A stretch of DNA of 24,000 nucleotides from Williamsia sterculiae (GTDB lineage: Bacteria; Actinomycetota; Actinomycetes; Mycobacteriales; Mycobacteriaceae), in contig NZ_FTNT01000002.1 in the NCBI RefSeq assembly GCF_900156495.1, positions 130,359-154,358 on the forward strand. The letters run 5' to 3'. This document shows, piece by piece, positions 1-7,393 of the stretch. Within the stretch, counting starts at the first letter, position 1. Each line of letters starts with the position of its first letter. A program made the position numbers and the translations under genes. The notes below the pieces were generated by a model. That model searched no databases, was not told the origin of the DNA, and was given only the letters and a program-made list of their open reading frames with translations.

Positions 1-20
1 CCGAAGAGAAGGACACGATC

Positions 21-194
21 ATGGCTGTACCCAAGCGCCGGATGTCGCGGGCCAACACCCGTAGCCGTCGTTCGCAGTGGAAAGCGGACAACCCCGCGCT
101 GCAGGAAGTGAAGGTCGGCGGCGTCGCCCACCGCGTGCCGCGTCGTCTGGTCAAGGCCGTCAAGGCCGGGCTGGTCGATCTCGACCGCCGCTGA
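21..194 (+). CDS. rpmF: 50S ribosomal protein L32
   Basis: ATG at 21, TGA at 192-194. Hand translation is [57 protein letters not shown] (57 aa). The MAVPKRR.S..R.R.R..QWK N-terminus is the L32 signature. AAGGA Shine-Dalgarno lies 7 nt upstream. Too short for the supplied ORF track. rpmF also lies just upstream of mprA in M. tuberculosis. Confidence 0.9.
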   Translation: MAVPKRRMSRANTRSRRSQWKADNPALQEVKVGGVAHRVPRRLVKAVKAGLVDLDRR

Positions 195-228
195 TCAGGT
201 CTTTCCGACTCTTTGATCGATCGCCACC

Positions 229-262
229 GCTCCGCTGTCGTTGCCGACAGCGGAGCGTTTGG
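229..262 (+). terminator. Intrinsic terminator-like hairpin after rpmF
   Basis: Perfect 12-bp inverted repeat GCTCCGCTGTCG (229-240) / CGACAGCGGAGC (245-256) with 4-nt loop TTGC, followed by the T-containing tail GTTTGGTGTGT. Confidence 0.6.
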
Positions 263-305
263 TGTGTCCGGACGTGGGTGGTCCCGGCGGGTGTCGTCGG
301 CGGGT

Positions 306-324
306 ACTCAGCACGTTCTCAGCC
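306..324 (+). promoter_or_regulatory. Candidate MprA box (autoregulation) upstream of mprA
   Basis: Two 8-bp direct repeats separated by 3 nt: ACTCAGCA-cgt-TCTCAGCC. The CTCAG core matches the site upstream of pepD at 2650-2668. It lies 20 nt upstream of the mprA ATG, with a possible TAACAC(T) -10-like element between them. Confidence 0.4.
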
Positions 325-344
325 ACTGACGTAACACTGGACTG

Positions 345-1031
345 ATGCGCATCCTGGTTGTCGACGACGATCGCGCGGTCCGTGAGTCCCTGCGCCGATC
401 TCTGACGTTCAACGGCTACACCGTGAACACGGCGAACGACGGTGTCGAGGCGTTGGAGGCCATCGTGGCCGACCGCCCCGACGCGGTGGTCCTCGATGTG
501 ATGATGCCCCGCCTCGACGGCCTCGAGGTGTGCCGTCGCCTCCGCAGCACCGGTGACGACCTGCCCATCCTCGTGCTCACCGCCCGCGACAGTGTCTCCG
601 AGCGGGTGTCGGGTCTCGACGCCGGAGCCGACGACTACCTGCCCAAGCCGTTCGCGCTCGAGGAACTGCTGGCCCGGTTGCGCGCCCTGATTCGTCGTGC
701 CGGGGCCGATGCCGATGTCGACTCCGAGGCGATGACCTTCTCGGACCTGAGCATGGACCTGGTGACCCGCGACGTCAGTCGTGGCGATCGTCCCATCAGC
801 CTCACCCGCACCGAATTCGCGTTGTTGGAGATGCTCATGGCCAACCCGCGCCGGGTGCTCACCCGCAGTCGGATCCTGGAGGAGGTGTGGGGGTATGACT
901 TCCCGACCTCGGGTAACGCCCTGGAGGTCTATGTGGGCTACCTGCGTCGCAAGACCGAGGCCGGTGGCGAACCTCGGCTGATCCACACCGTGCGCGGCGT
1001 GGGTTACGTATTGCGCGAAACCGCGCCGTGA
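345..1031 (+). CDS. mprA: OmpR/PhoB-family response regulator MprA
   Basis: 228-aa ORF. It has a receiver domain ([16 protein letters not shown]..., phospho-acceptor context [17 protein letters not shown]) and a winged-helix trans_reg_C domain ([13 protein letters not shown]..., [12 protein letters not shown]). It is near-collinear with my recollection of M. tuberculosis MprA, and it sits next to a histidine kinase and pepD. Confidence 0.93.
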   Translation: MRILVVDDDRAVRESLRRSLTFNGYTVNTANDGVEALEAIVADRPDAVVLDVMMPRLDGLEVCRRLRSTGDDLPILVLTARDSVSERVSGLDAGADDYLPKPFALEELLARLRALIRRAGADADVDSEAMTFSDLSMDLVTRDVSRGDRPISLTRTEFALLEMLMANPRRVLTRSRILEEVWGYDFPTSGNALEVYVGYLRRKTEAGGEPRLIHTVRGVGYVLRETAP

Positions 1032-2569
1032 ACTTCGGGCTGACCTCGCGGCGGCACCAGCAGGTCGTGCACCCTGCGCCACTGTCGACATCGGGACCGG
1101 TACCGCGGGCGCAGCCGTCGACCGAGCAACCGGTACCCGAGCGGGCACCCGGGCAGATGCGCGACCCGATACCGCTGACCAGGTCCGTCTCGCTGCGGGT
1201 GCGGGTGACGCTACTGGCCGCCACGGTGGTCGGTGTCGCGGTCGCGGTGATGGCCGCGGCCGCATACGGCGTGATCTACCGGGCGATGTACTCCGACGTC
1301 GACGCCCAGCTGTCCAGCCGGGCGGACGGGATGACCACGCTGTCGCAGATGGGGATACTCGGCGACAGTCCGGAGTCGCTCATCGCCGGCACGTTCTTCT
1401 CCAACGACGTCTCCGCGGCCCTGGTCCTGCCCGGCAACCAGGCCTTCCAGGTGGGGTCGGTCCCGATCGGGACCGTGGAGCGGAAGGTCATCGACTCCCA
1501 GGCCGGGCAGGACATGTCCACCCTGCGCACGGTGAACAACCGTCGGGTGCTCGCCCGCAAACTCGACGACGGCACCACGCTGATCCTCGCGCAGGACCTG
1601 GCGCGCACCGACGACGTGTTGCACCGGTTGGCCTGGGTGTTGGCGATCGTCGGCGGTTGCGGGGTGATCCTGGCGGCCGTCGCGGGCACCACCGTGGCTC
1701 GGGCCGGTCTGCGGCCGGTGGCCCGATTGACCCAGGCCGCCGACCGGGTGGCCCGCACCGACGACCTGCGCCCGATCCCGGTGACGGGCAGCGACGAACT
1801 CGCCAGGCTGACCGAGAGCTTCAACCTGATGCTGCGCGCACTGGCCGAGTCGCGCGATCGGCAGAGTCGCCTGGTCGCCGACGCCGGTCATGAGCTGCGC
1901 ACACCGCTGACCTCGCTGCGCACCAACCTCGAACTACTCATCGCGAGCAGCGAACCGGGGGCACCGCCGGTACCGCCGGAGGACATGGCCGAGCTGCGGG
2001 TGGACGTGATCGCGCAGATCGAGGAGCTGTCCACCCTGGTGGGTGACCTGGTGGACCTCGCCCGCGAAGACGCCCCCGAGGTGGTCCACGAGGAGGTCGA
2101 CCTGTCGGAGGTACTCGACCGTTCCCTCGAGCGGGTGCGCCGCCGCCGCAGTGACGTGGACTTCTGGGTGCAGGCCGCTCCCTGGTACGTCTTCGGTGAG
2201 TCGGCCGGATTGTCGCGCGCGGTGCTGAACATCCTCGACAACGCCGCGAAGTGGAGCCCGCCGGGCAGTCCGGTACAGGTGGTTCTGCGCCAGCTCGACC
2301 CCACCCGCGCCGAGCTGACCGTCGCCGACAGCGGGCCGGGTATCCCGCAGGAGGAGCGCGATCTCATCTTCGAGCGCTTCTATCGGTCGACCGCGTCGCG
2401 CTCGATGCCCGGTTCGGGCCTCGGGTTGGCGATCGTCCGACAGGTGGTGACCCTGCACGGGGGGACGGTGTCGGCCGAACAGTCGGAATCCGGGGGTGCA
2501 CTGATCCGGTTGACGCTTCCCGGGCGTCCGATGCCGATGGAACCGCCGCCCCGGATCGTGTCGCAGTGA
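1028..2569 (+). CDS. mprB: Sensor histidine kinase MprB
   Basis: 513-aa ORF whose GTG start overlaps the mprA stop (GTGA). It has two TM segments, a HAMP domain ([46 protein letters not shown]), an H-box [17 protein letters not shown], an N-box [10 protein letters not shown]1 DSGPGIP and G2 GSGLGLAIV. An alternative ATG start at 1157 ([15 protein letters not shown]...) would give an N-terminal length closer to M. tuberculosis MprB. Confidence 0.9.
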   Translation: MNFGLTSRRHQQVVHPAPLSTSGPVPRAQPSTEQPVPERAPGQMRDPIPLTRSVSLRVRVTLLAATVVGVAVAVMAAAAYGVIYRAMYSDVDAQLSSRADGMTTLSQMGILGDSPESLIAGTFFSNDVSAALVLPGNQAFQVGSVPIGTVERKVIDSQAGQDMSTLRTVNNRRVLARKLDDGTTLILAQDLARTDDVLHRLAWVLAIVGGCGVILAAVAGTTVARAGLRPVARLTQAADRVARTDDLRPIPVTGSDELARLTESFNLMLRALAESRDRQSRLVADAGHELRTPLTSLRTNLELLIASSEPGAPPVPPEDMAELRVDVIAQIEELSTLVGDLVDLAREDAPEVVHEEVDLSEVLDRSLERVRRRRSDVDFWVQAAPWYVFGESAGLSRAVLNILDNAAKWSPPGSPVQVVLRQLDPTRAELTVADSGPGIPQEERDLIFERFYRSTASRSMPGSGLGLAIVRQVVTLHGGTVSAEQSESGGALIRLTLPGRPMPMEPPPRIVSQ

Positions 2570-2649
2570 ATTCGGGACTGTCCGTGGGACGCGCGATGAC
2601 GGCCCGCAACGGCCACGCGAGGATCAATGCAGGCAAACTTATAAATTCG

Positions 2650-2668
2650 TCTCAGTCGCCTCTCAGGC
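2650..2668 (+). promoter_or_regulatory. Candidate MprA box upstream of pepD
   Basis: TCTCAGTC-gcc-TCTCAGGC: two 8-bp direct repeats separated by 3 nt (19 bp total), about 65 nt upstream of the pepD ATG. It lies in a locally AT-richer intergenic stretch (caaacttataaattcg just 5' of it). The architecture matches the published M. tuberculosis MprA-box layout as I recall it. Confidence 0.5.
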
Positions 2669-2734
2669 GTCGGGGTGAAGGTGTGTAGGACGAGATAGCG
2701 GCGACTCGACGCCGCGCGACGACGGAGGGCGTTC

Positions 2735-4384
2735 ATGAGCGACAGAGGATCCAACCCAGGGGGATCTCACCCCGAGGGGGCCAATCCCGGGGAGTCCGCC
2801 GGACACGGGTCGGGTGGCGAGCGCGCCGACGAGGCCACCGGTTCTTCGCGCGGCGAGTCGCAACATCCGTACACGCCCCACTCGGGCAACGACGAGGCGC
2901 GCCCGACCTACGATCAGGCCACCCACGAGCAGCCGCCCTACGGCCAGGGGTCATACGAACAGGGCGGCTTCCAGCAGGGGGGTTACCAACAGGGCGGGGG
3001 CTACGGACAGCCGACCTATGGACAGACGCCCCACGATCCGTACGCCCAGGATCCTCACCAGGGTGCTCAGCAGAGCGGATGGGGGCACGACGAGCGGGGT
3101 GGGGCCCAGCAGTTCGGCGGGCACCACACCCAACAGTTCGGTACCGGCCAACAGGGGACGGGCCAGTTCGGCCAGCAGTACGGGACCGGGCAGTGGGGCA
3201 CGTTCGAGCAGCAGGGTGCGCAGCCGTCCTACGGCAACGCTCCGTACGGTGCGGGTCCCCAACAGATCGGCGCGCAACCCAAGAAGAAGGGCCGCGGCGG
3301 CCTGATCACCGGTGTCGCGCTGGCCGCGGTCGCGCTCTGCGCGCTGGCCGGGTTGGTCGGTGGGGTGATCGGGGCGTCGGTCAGCGACGGATCGGGATCC
3401 AACGACGTGGTCCTCGGTGGCGATCGCGACACTTCGCAGCCGGCCGCCGCGACCCCCGGATCCACCCAGCAGGTGGCGTCCAAGGTGTTGCCGTCGGTGG
3501 TGTCCATCGACGTCCGGGTGGGCAACCAGGAGGGGGAGGGTTCCGGGGTCGTGCTCTCCCAGGACGGTCTGATCCTCACCAACAACCACGTGGTCAGTGC
3601 CGACAACGCGGGCACGGCCAACAGCCTGGTGGTGACCTTCAACGACGGCTCGACGGCCAAGGCGACGGTCAAGGGCACCGATCCGATCTCCGACATCGCG
3701 GTCATCAAGACCGACAAGAGCGGCCTCACTCCGATCACCGTGGGCACGTCCAAGAATCTGGCCGTCGGCCAGAACGTGGTCGCGGTGGGTGCGCCACTCG
3801 GGCTGGCGGGCACGGTGACCACCGGCATCATCAGCGCACTGAACCGCCCGGTGTCCACGCAGGGGCCGAGTGACAGCACCGCGTCGGTCATCGACGCGAT
3901 CCAGACCGACGCCGCGATCAATCCGGGCAACTCCGGTGGTGCGCTGGTCAATGCGAACGGGGCGCTGATCGGGGTGAACACCGCGATCGCCAGCCTCGGT
4001 GGCTCGTCGGAGAGCCAGCAGTCGGGCAGCATCGGACTCGGCTTCGCCATCCCGGTCGACCAGGCGATGCGCACAGCTCAGCAGCTCGAGTCCACCGGTA
4101 AGGCCACGCAGGCGGGCCTCGGCGTCTCCGTGCGACCCACCAGCTCCGCTGACCAACCCGGCGCGCTGATCAGCGAGGTGCAGCGCGGCGGTGCCGCGGG
4201 CAAGGCGGGGATACCCCGCGGTGCCCTGGTGACCAAGGTCGACGATCGCACCATCGCCAGTGGGGACGCACTGGTCGCCGCGATCCGTTCCCATGCACCG
4301 GGCGATCAGGTGACGATCACCTACACAACCGGCGGGCAGACCAAGACCGCTCAGGTGACCCTCGATACGCTCAGCGTGAACTGA
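2735..4384 (+). CDS. pepD: HtrA/DegP-family serine protease PepD with C-terminal PDZ domain
   Basis: 549-aa ORF with a GGAGGG Shine-Dalgarno 5 nt upstream. Domain order is a Q/G/Y-rich N-terminal region, then a TM segment (GLITGVALAAVALCALAGLVGGVIG), a trypsin-like domain (catalytic His context LTNNHVV, Asp context DIAVIK, Ser motif GNSGGALV) and a PDZ-like C-terminus. Its position after mprAB matches M. tuberculosis Rv0983. Confidence 0.9.
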   Translation: MSDRGSNPGGSHPEGANPGESAGHGSGGERADEATGSSRGESQHPYTPHSGNDEARPTYDQATHEQPPYGQGSYEQGGFQQGGYQQGGGYGQPTYGQTPHDPYAQDPHQGAQQSGWGHDERGGAQQFGGHHTQQFGTGQQGTGQFGQQYGTGQWGTFEQQGAQPSYGNAPYGAGPQQIGAQPKKKGRGGLITGVALAAVALCALAGLVGGVIGASVSDGSGSNDVVLGGDRDTSQPAAATPGSTQQVASKVLPSVVSIDVRVGNQEGEGSGVVLSQDGLILTNNHVVSADNAGTANSLVVTFNDGSTAKATVKGTDPISDIAVIKTDKSGLTPITVGTSKNLAVGQNVVAVGAPLGLAGTVTTGIISALNRPVSTQGPSDSTASVIDAIQTDAAINPGNSGGALVNANGALIGVNTAIASLGGSSESQQSGSIGLGFAIPVDQAMRTAQQLESTGKATQAGLGVSVRPTSSADQPGALISEVQRGGAAGKAGIPRGALVTKVDDRTIASGDALVAAIRSHAPGDQVTITYTTGGQTKTAQVTLDTLSVN

Positions 4385-4399
4385 CAGGAGTGCTCAGAG

Positions 4400-5035
4400 A
4401 TGATCGAGAGTGAGCGCCCGGGTCTGGTGATCGCCACCGCCGAGGGTGGCGGTGTGGCCACGGCGGTGAGTCCGCAGGATGTGGCCGCGGCGGACAGGGC
4501 TGCCATCGTGATGGCCGCCCGCGACGACGGAGGTGCGCAAGTGACGAGCGATGTGACCGCGGAGATCGGCCGGGCATTGGTGGTGGTCATCGACGACCGG
4601 GCGGCCCACGGTGAGGACACCAGCCTGATCGGCCCTCTGGTCGGCGAGTTGCTGACCGAGGCCGGCTTCCACGTCGACGCGACCATCGCGGTGAGTTCCG
4701 ACGAGGTGGAGATCCGCAACGCACTGAACACCGCGGTCATCGGTGGGGTGGATCTGGTGGTCTCGGTGGGTGGTGTGGGTGTCGGCGCGCGGGATGTGAC
4801 CCCGGAGGCAACCGCCGGTCTGCTCGATCGCACGATTCCCGGCATCGAAGAGGCCGTTCGGAGCTCGGGCCTCGCGGCCGGGTCGGCCGACGCCGGTCTG
4901 TCGCGCGGCCTGGCGGGTATGTCGGGCCAGACGCTGGTGGTCAACCTGGCCAACTCCCGCGCGGCGGTGCGTGACGGTATGGCGACCGTCACCCCGCTGG
5001 CCAAGCACGTCATCGAGTCGATCAGCGAATTCTGA
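4400..5035 (+). CDS. moaB2: MoaB/Mog-type molybdopterin-binding (MoCF_biosynth) protein
   Basis: 211-aa ORF with a CAGGAG Shine-Dalgarno 9 nt upstream. It carries the MoaB/Mog core (ALVVVIDDRAA..., LVVSVGGVGVGARDVTPEAT, LSRGLAGMSGQTLVVNLANS). Synteny after pepD matches Rv0984 moaB2. The symbol rests on synteny only. Confidence 0.8.
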   Translation: MIESERPGLVIATAEGGGVATAVSPQDVAAADRAAIVMAARDDGGAQVTSDVTAEIGRALVVVIDDRAAHGEDTSLIGPLVGELLTEAGFHVDATIAVSSDEVEIRNALNTAVIGGVDLVVSVGGVGVGARDVTPEATAGLLDRTIPGIEEAVRSSGLAAGSADAGLSRGLAGMSGQTLVVNLANSRAAVRDGMATVTPLAKHVIESISEF

Positions 5036-5053
5036 CCGACCGCGAGCAATCTT

Positions 5054-5100
5054 CCGCGAGCGGAGAACCCGTATGGTGGGTTCTCCGCTCGCGGCGTTTC
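5054..5100 (+). terminator. Strong intrinsic terminator-like hairpin after the moaB2-like gene
   Basis: Perfect 17-bp inverted repeat CCGCGAGCGGAGAACCC (5054-5070) / GGGTTCTCCGCTCGCGG (5078-5094) with a 7-nt loop, followed by CGTTTC. Confidence 0.7.
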
Positions 5101-5108
5101 GAGGAGTG

Positions 5109-5303
5109 ATGGTGACCGGCGATGGGACCCCCGAGAAGGGGAGTGACCAGTGGCGACGGCGTCGTCGGCTGGCGGACGTGTTCGGCGACGACCTTCCCGA
5201 CACGTCCAGCGACGAAGTCGATCCGAGTGGCCAAGGTCACATAGGTGACGCTAAGTCGCGCGAGCGCTGGTTGAGGGACAACAGACCGCCCCATCACGGG
5301 TGA
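5109..5303 (+). CDS. Small charged hypothetical protein (64 aa)
   Basis: A GAGGAG Shine-Dalgarno at 5100-5105 is followed by GTG (5106) and ATG (5109), immediately after the terminator hairpin. Translation is MVTGDGTPEKGSDQWRRRRRLADVFGDDLPDTSSDEVDPSGQGHIGDAKSRERWLRDNRPPHHG. Codons are GC3-biased. I have a vague recollection of small actinobacterial proteins ending ...WLR.N.PPHH, but I cannot name a family. Confidence 0.5.
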   Translation: MVTGDGTPEKGSDQWRRRRRLADVFGDDLPDTSSDEVDPSGQGHIGDAKSRERWLRDNRPPHHG

Positions 5304-5691
5304 TCGCTGCCCGGATTTTGTCGTCGCTAGCTGTGAGTTTTGCTTCCGTTCACCTGACGCGACCAAAAATCGGACATGCGCGACGGCGAATAGCCCGATC
5401 AGTCCGATTATCGTCACAACGATCGTGGTGTTGTCGCGCCCGCTTGCTACGGCTAATGTTCCGCGAGACACATCATGTGTCCGTGCGGGCTGCGGGTGCA
5501 TGTGTCCGAGCGGCGCAGTAGAGGGTGGCGTTCGTGGTTTTTGTAGTCGGATTTGCGGAATTGACGTATCGGTAACACTTCGCAATGCGCGGTTAACCAC
5601 GTCGATGCAAGATTTCGCAGAACCGTCAGGTCACTCCGAGCTTTCACCTCGGTGGAAATCGGATAACGGAGCATCCTGTGAGAGGGAACGA

Positions 5692-6297
5692 ATGAGCAAG
5701 TTCAGTGTGTTTGGTCTGCGCCGCACTGTCGGCGTCGCCGCCATCGCGGCGGTCGCCGGTGTCGGGCTGGCAAGCATGGGGGCGGGCGAGGCTGCGGCCG
5801 GCAAGCTGCCGAACGGTTACAAGAAGACGGTCGGCGCCGACGGCACCGTCGCCGAGATCATCCGCACCGGTGACGCCGTGTACCCGGTTCCCTCCGTGTC
5901 GAACAACGGTGCGGGTCGCGCGGCCGAGGTTTTCGGCAACATCGTCGGCAAGGTGTCCGGCAACGGTGACGGATCGCTGGAGACCGGTTACCTCGTCGGT
6001 TGCCAGGTGGACGTCAGCGATCTCACCGTCGGTCTCGACGGTACTGCTGACTTCGTGGCCGGGACCGCGGGTCTCACCGGGTCGCTGAACATCCCGATCA
6101 AGCCGGGCCAGGTCGTGTCCACAAGCCTGGGTTCGAAGGACTTCAAGGGTGTGGGCGCCATCCAGTACCAGGCGCTGCAGATCGGTACCGAAGGGTGTGG
6201 CGGATTCGCCCAGGCACGTGCCTACAGCACGCTGACCGTGGCCGGCGACAACTACATCAAGACCACCCTGTACGGGAAGCCCTTCAGCATCAACTGA
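5692..6297 (+). CDS. MspA-family outer-membrane (mycomembrane) porin, copy 1
   Basis: ATG at 5692 with a GAGAGGGA Shine-Dalgarno, and a Sec signal peptide (MSKFSVFGLRRTVGVAAIAAVAGVGLASMGAGEAAA|G). The mature part aligns by eye with M. smegmatis MspA blocks: LETGYLVGCQ vs LELGYQIGF, IKPGQVVS vs LFPGVSIS, and the C-terminal TTLYGKPFSIN vs TTYGEPWNMN. Confidence 0.78.
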   Translation: MSKFSVFGLRRTVGVAAIAAVAGVGLASMGAGEAAAGKLPNGYKKTVGADGTVAEIIRTGDAVYPVPSVSNNGAGRAAEVFGNIVGKVSGNGDGSLETGYLVGCQVDVSDLTVGLDGTADFVAGTAGLTGSLNIPIKPGQVVSTSLGSKDFKGVGAIQYQALQIGTEGCGGFAQARAYSTLTVAGDNYIKTTLYGKPFSIN

Positions 6298-6367
6298 CCG
6301 GCAGAAGTAATCCACCGACTCGACACACCTTCTGCCGCAAGCAGATTTGATTCCTATGAGGGGAACC

Positions 6368-7036
6368 ATGAAGAAGTTCAATGCGCGTAGCGCAACCGTG
6401 GTCGCCGGTGCCGCCGGTGCCGCCGTCATCACTTTGGCCGGCCTCGGCGCCGGCAACGCCGCGGCCTTCCCGGTGGCCGGCGGCAAGGCCGTGCAGAAGC
6501 TCGCCGACGGCAGCGTGGTGAGCCTGTCGCTGACCAACGCGTCCGTCACTCTCGGCAACACCATCGCCAACAACCCCGCCAGCCGCCACGCCTGGGCGAC
6601 CGGCACCTACAAGGTGAACGTGAGCGGACCCGCCAAGGGCGGCGAGTTCACCGCGGCCGGGTTCCTGGTCGGCTGCCAGCTCGACTTCGGCAGTGACGGC
6701 TCCACCAGCCAGGGGGGTGGGACCGTCGGCCTGGACGGAACCGTCACCCCCAGCGCCACCACCGGCGCGGGGTTCTCCCTGGGGCCGGGCAAGGTCAGCA
6801 CGCAGTACATCATCAACAACACCAATGGTGATCTGTCGCCCGATGCGGGGAACTACAGCGACACCACCAACGCGTTCAAGGGCAACAGCGGTTCCATCAC
6901 CTACTCCGGTGAGGACGTCAACCGCGAGACCTGCGCCGGTTACGCGTCGGCGAAGCCGTTCGCGACCGTCAAGGTAGAGACCGACGCCGTGACCGGGTAT
7001 GTGACCGTGTACGGAAAGCCTTTCAGCCTCGGCTGA
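6368..7036 (+). CDS. MspA-family outer-membrane porin, copy 2 (paralogue)
   Basis: ATG at 6368 with a GAGGGG Shine-Dalgarno, and signal peptide MKKFNARSATVVAGAAGAAVITLAGLGAGNAAA|F. It shares GFLVGCQLD, LGPGKVS and the C-terminal TVYGKPFSLG with copy 1 and the MspA pattern. There is a 70-nt gap from copy 1. Confidence 0.78.
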   Translation: MKKFNARSATVVAGAAGAAVITLAGLGAGNAAAFPVAGGKAVQKLADGSVVSLSLTNASVTLGNTIANNPASRHAWATGTYKVNVSGPAKGGEFTAAGFLVGCQLDFGSDGSTSQGGGTVGLDGTVTPSATTGAGFSLGPGKVSTQYIINNTNGDLSPDAGNYSDTTNAFKGNSGSITYSGEDVNRETCAGYASAKPFATVKVETDAVTGYVTVYGKPFSLG

Positions 7037-7051
7037 CAGCTGACGTCAAAT

Positions 7052-7088
7052 CACAAGAGGGAAGGCGTGTTACGCCTTCCCTCTTGTG
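7052..7088. terminator. Bidirectional terminator-like hairpin
   Basis: Perfect 16-bp inverted repeat CACAAGAGGGAAGGCG (7052-7067) / CGCCTTCCCTCTTGTG (7073-7088) with 5-nt loop TGTTA. It lies between the convergent porin gene and the minus-strand small ORF/TetR unit. Confidence 0.7.
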
Positions 7089-7130
7089 CTGTCTGCATCA
7101 CGCGCGCCTGTCAGCGGCGGCCACCGCGTC

Positions 7131-7190
7131 TCAGCTCGCGCTCTTCAGCAAGCCCAGGATCTTCAGCAGCAGGATGATGTTGTCGAGCAT
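7131..7190 (-). CDS. Candidate 19-aa hydrophobic/amphipathic micropeptide
   Basis: The minus strand reads cgacGGGAGGGcgacATG CTC GAC AAC ATC ATC CTG CTG CTG AAG ATC CTG GGC TTG CTG AAG AGC GCG AGC TGA, giving MLDNIILLLKILGLLKSAS. It has a strong Shine-Dalgarno at ideal spacing, every codon ends in G/C, and the stop lies 42 nt from the 16-bp hairpin. I recognise no homology. Confidence 0.25.
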   Translation of the reverse strand: MLDNIILLLKILGLLKSAS

Positions 7191-7393
7191 GTCGCCCTCC
7201 CGTCGTCGTCTCGTCATCGATACTCGTCGGGTTCCCATGCGAGACGACGCTGTTGCGCGCCGCCGGCCACTGGATTCCCCAACCCGATATGCGGACGGTC
7301 GACCACCCCGCCAGCACTGAACACTCTAGAGCCCCGTGATGCGACCCGATCGCTTCCCCAACCGAACGACGAGATTGATGCCGGCGTGCGGAT

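Noticed and set aside
195-1265. 356-aa minus-strand ORF antisense to mprA, plus nested ORFs 635..862 and 859..1224.
   Set aside because: Its Arg/Pro/Ala-rich composition is typical of shadow frames in high-GC DNA. It fully overlaps a response-regulator gene with clear motifs on the plus strand.
2951-4294. 447-aa minus-strand ORF, and 3229..4074, antisense to pepD.
   Set aside because: These are shadow ORFs. The plus frame carries the HtrA catalytic triad and a PDZ domain, and the antisense translation is low-complexity Arg/Gly/Asp-rich.
5022-5600. 192-aa minus-strand ORF containing a TM-like stretch (IVVTIIGLIGLFAVAHV).
   Set aside because: It would read straight through the 17-bp terminator hairpin at 5054-5094. 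It overlaps the better-supported plus-strand small ORF (Shine-Dalgarno plus ATG at 5109). The remainder of its translation is Arg/Pro/Ser-rich and non-protein-like.
6300-6336. GGCAGAAG...CTTCTGCC inverted repeat between the two porin genes, considered as a possible terminator.
   Set aside because: It is only 8 bp with a 21-nt loop and no T-tract. That is too weak to call, and the two genes more likely form one transcription unit, perhaps with partial attenuation.
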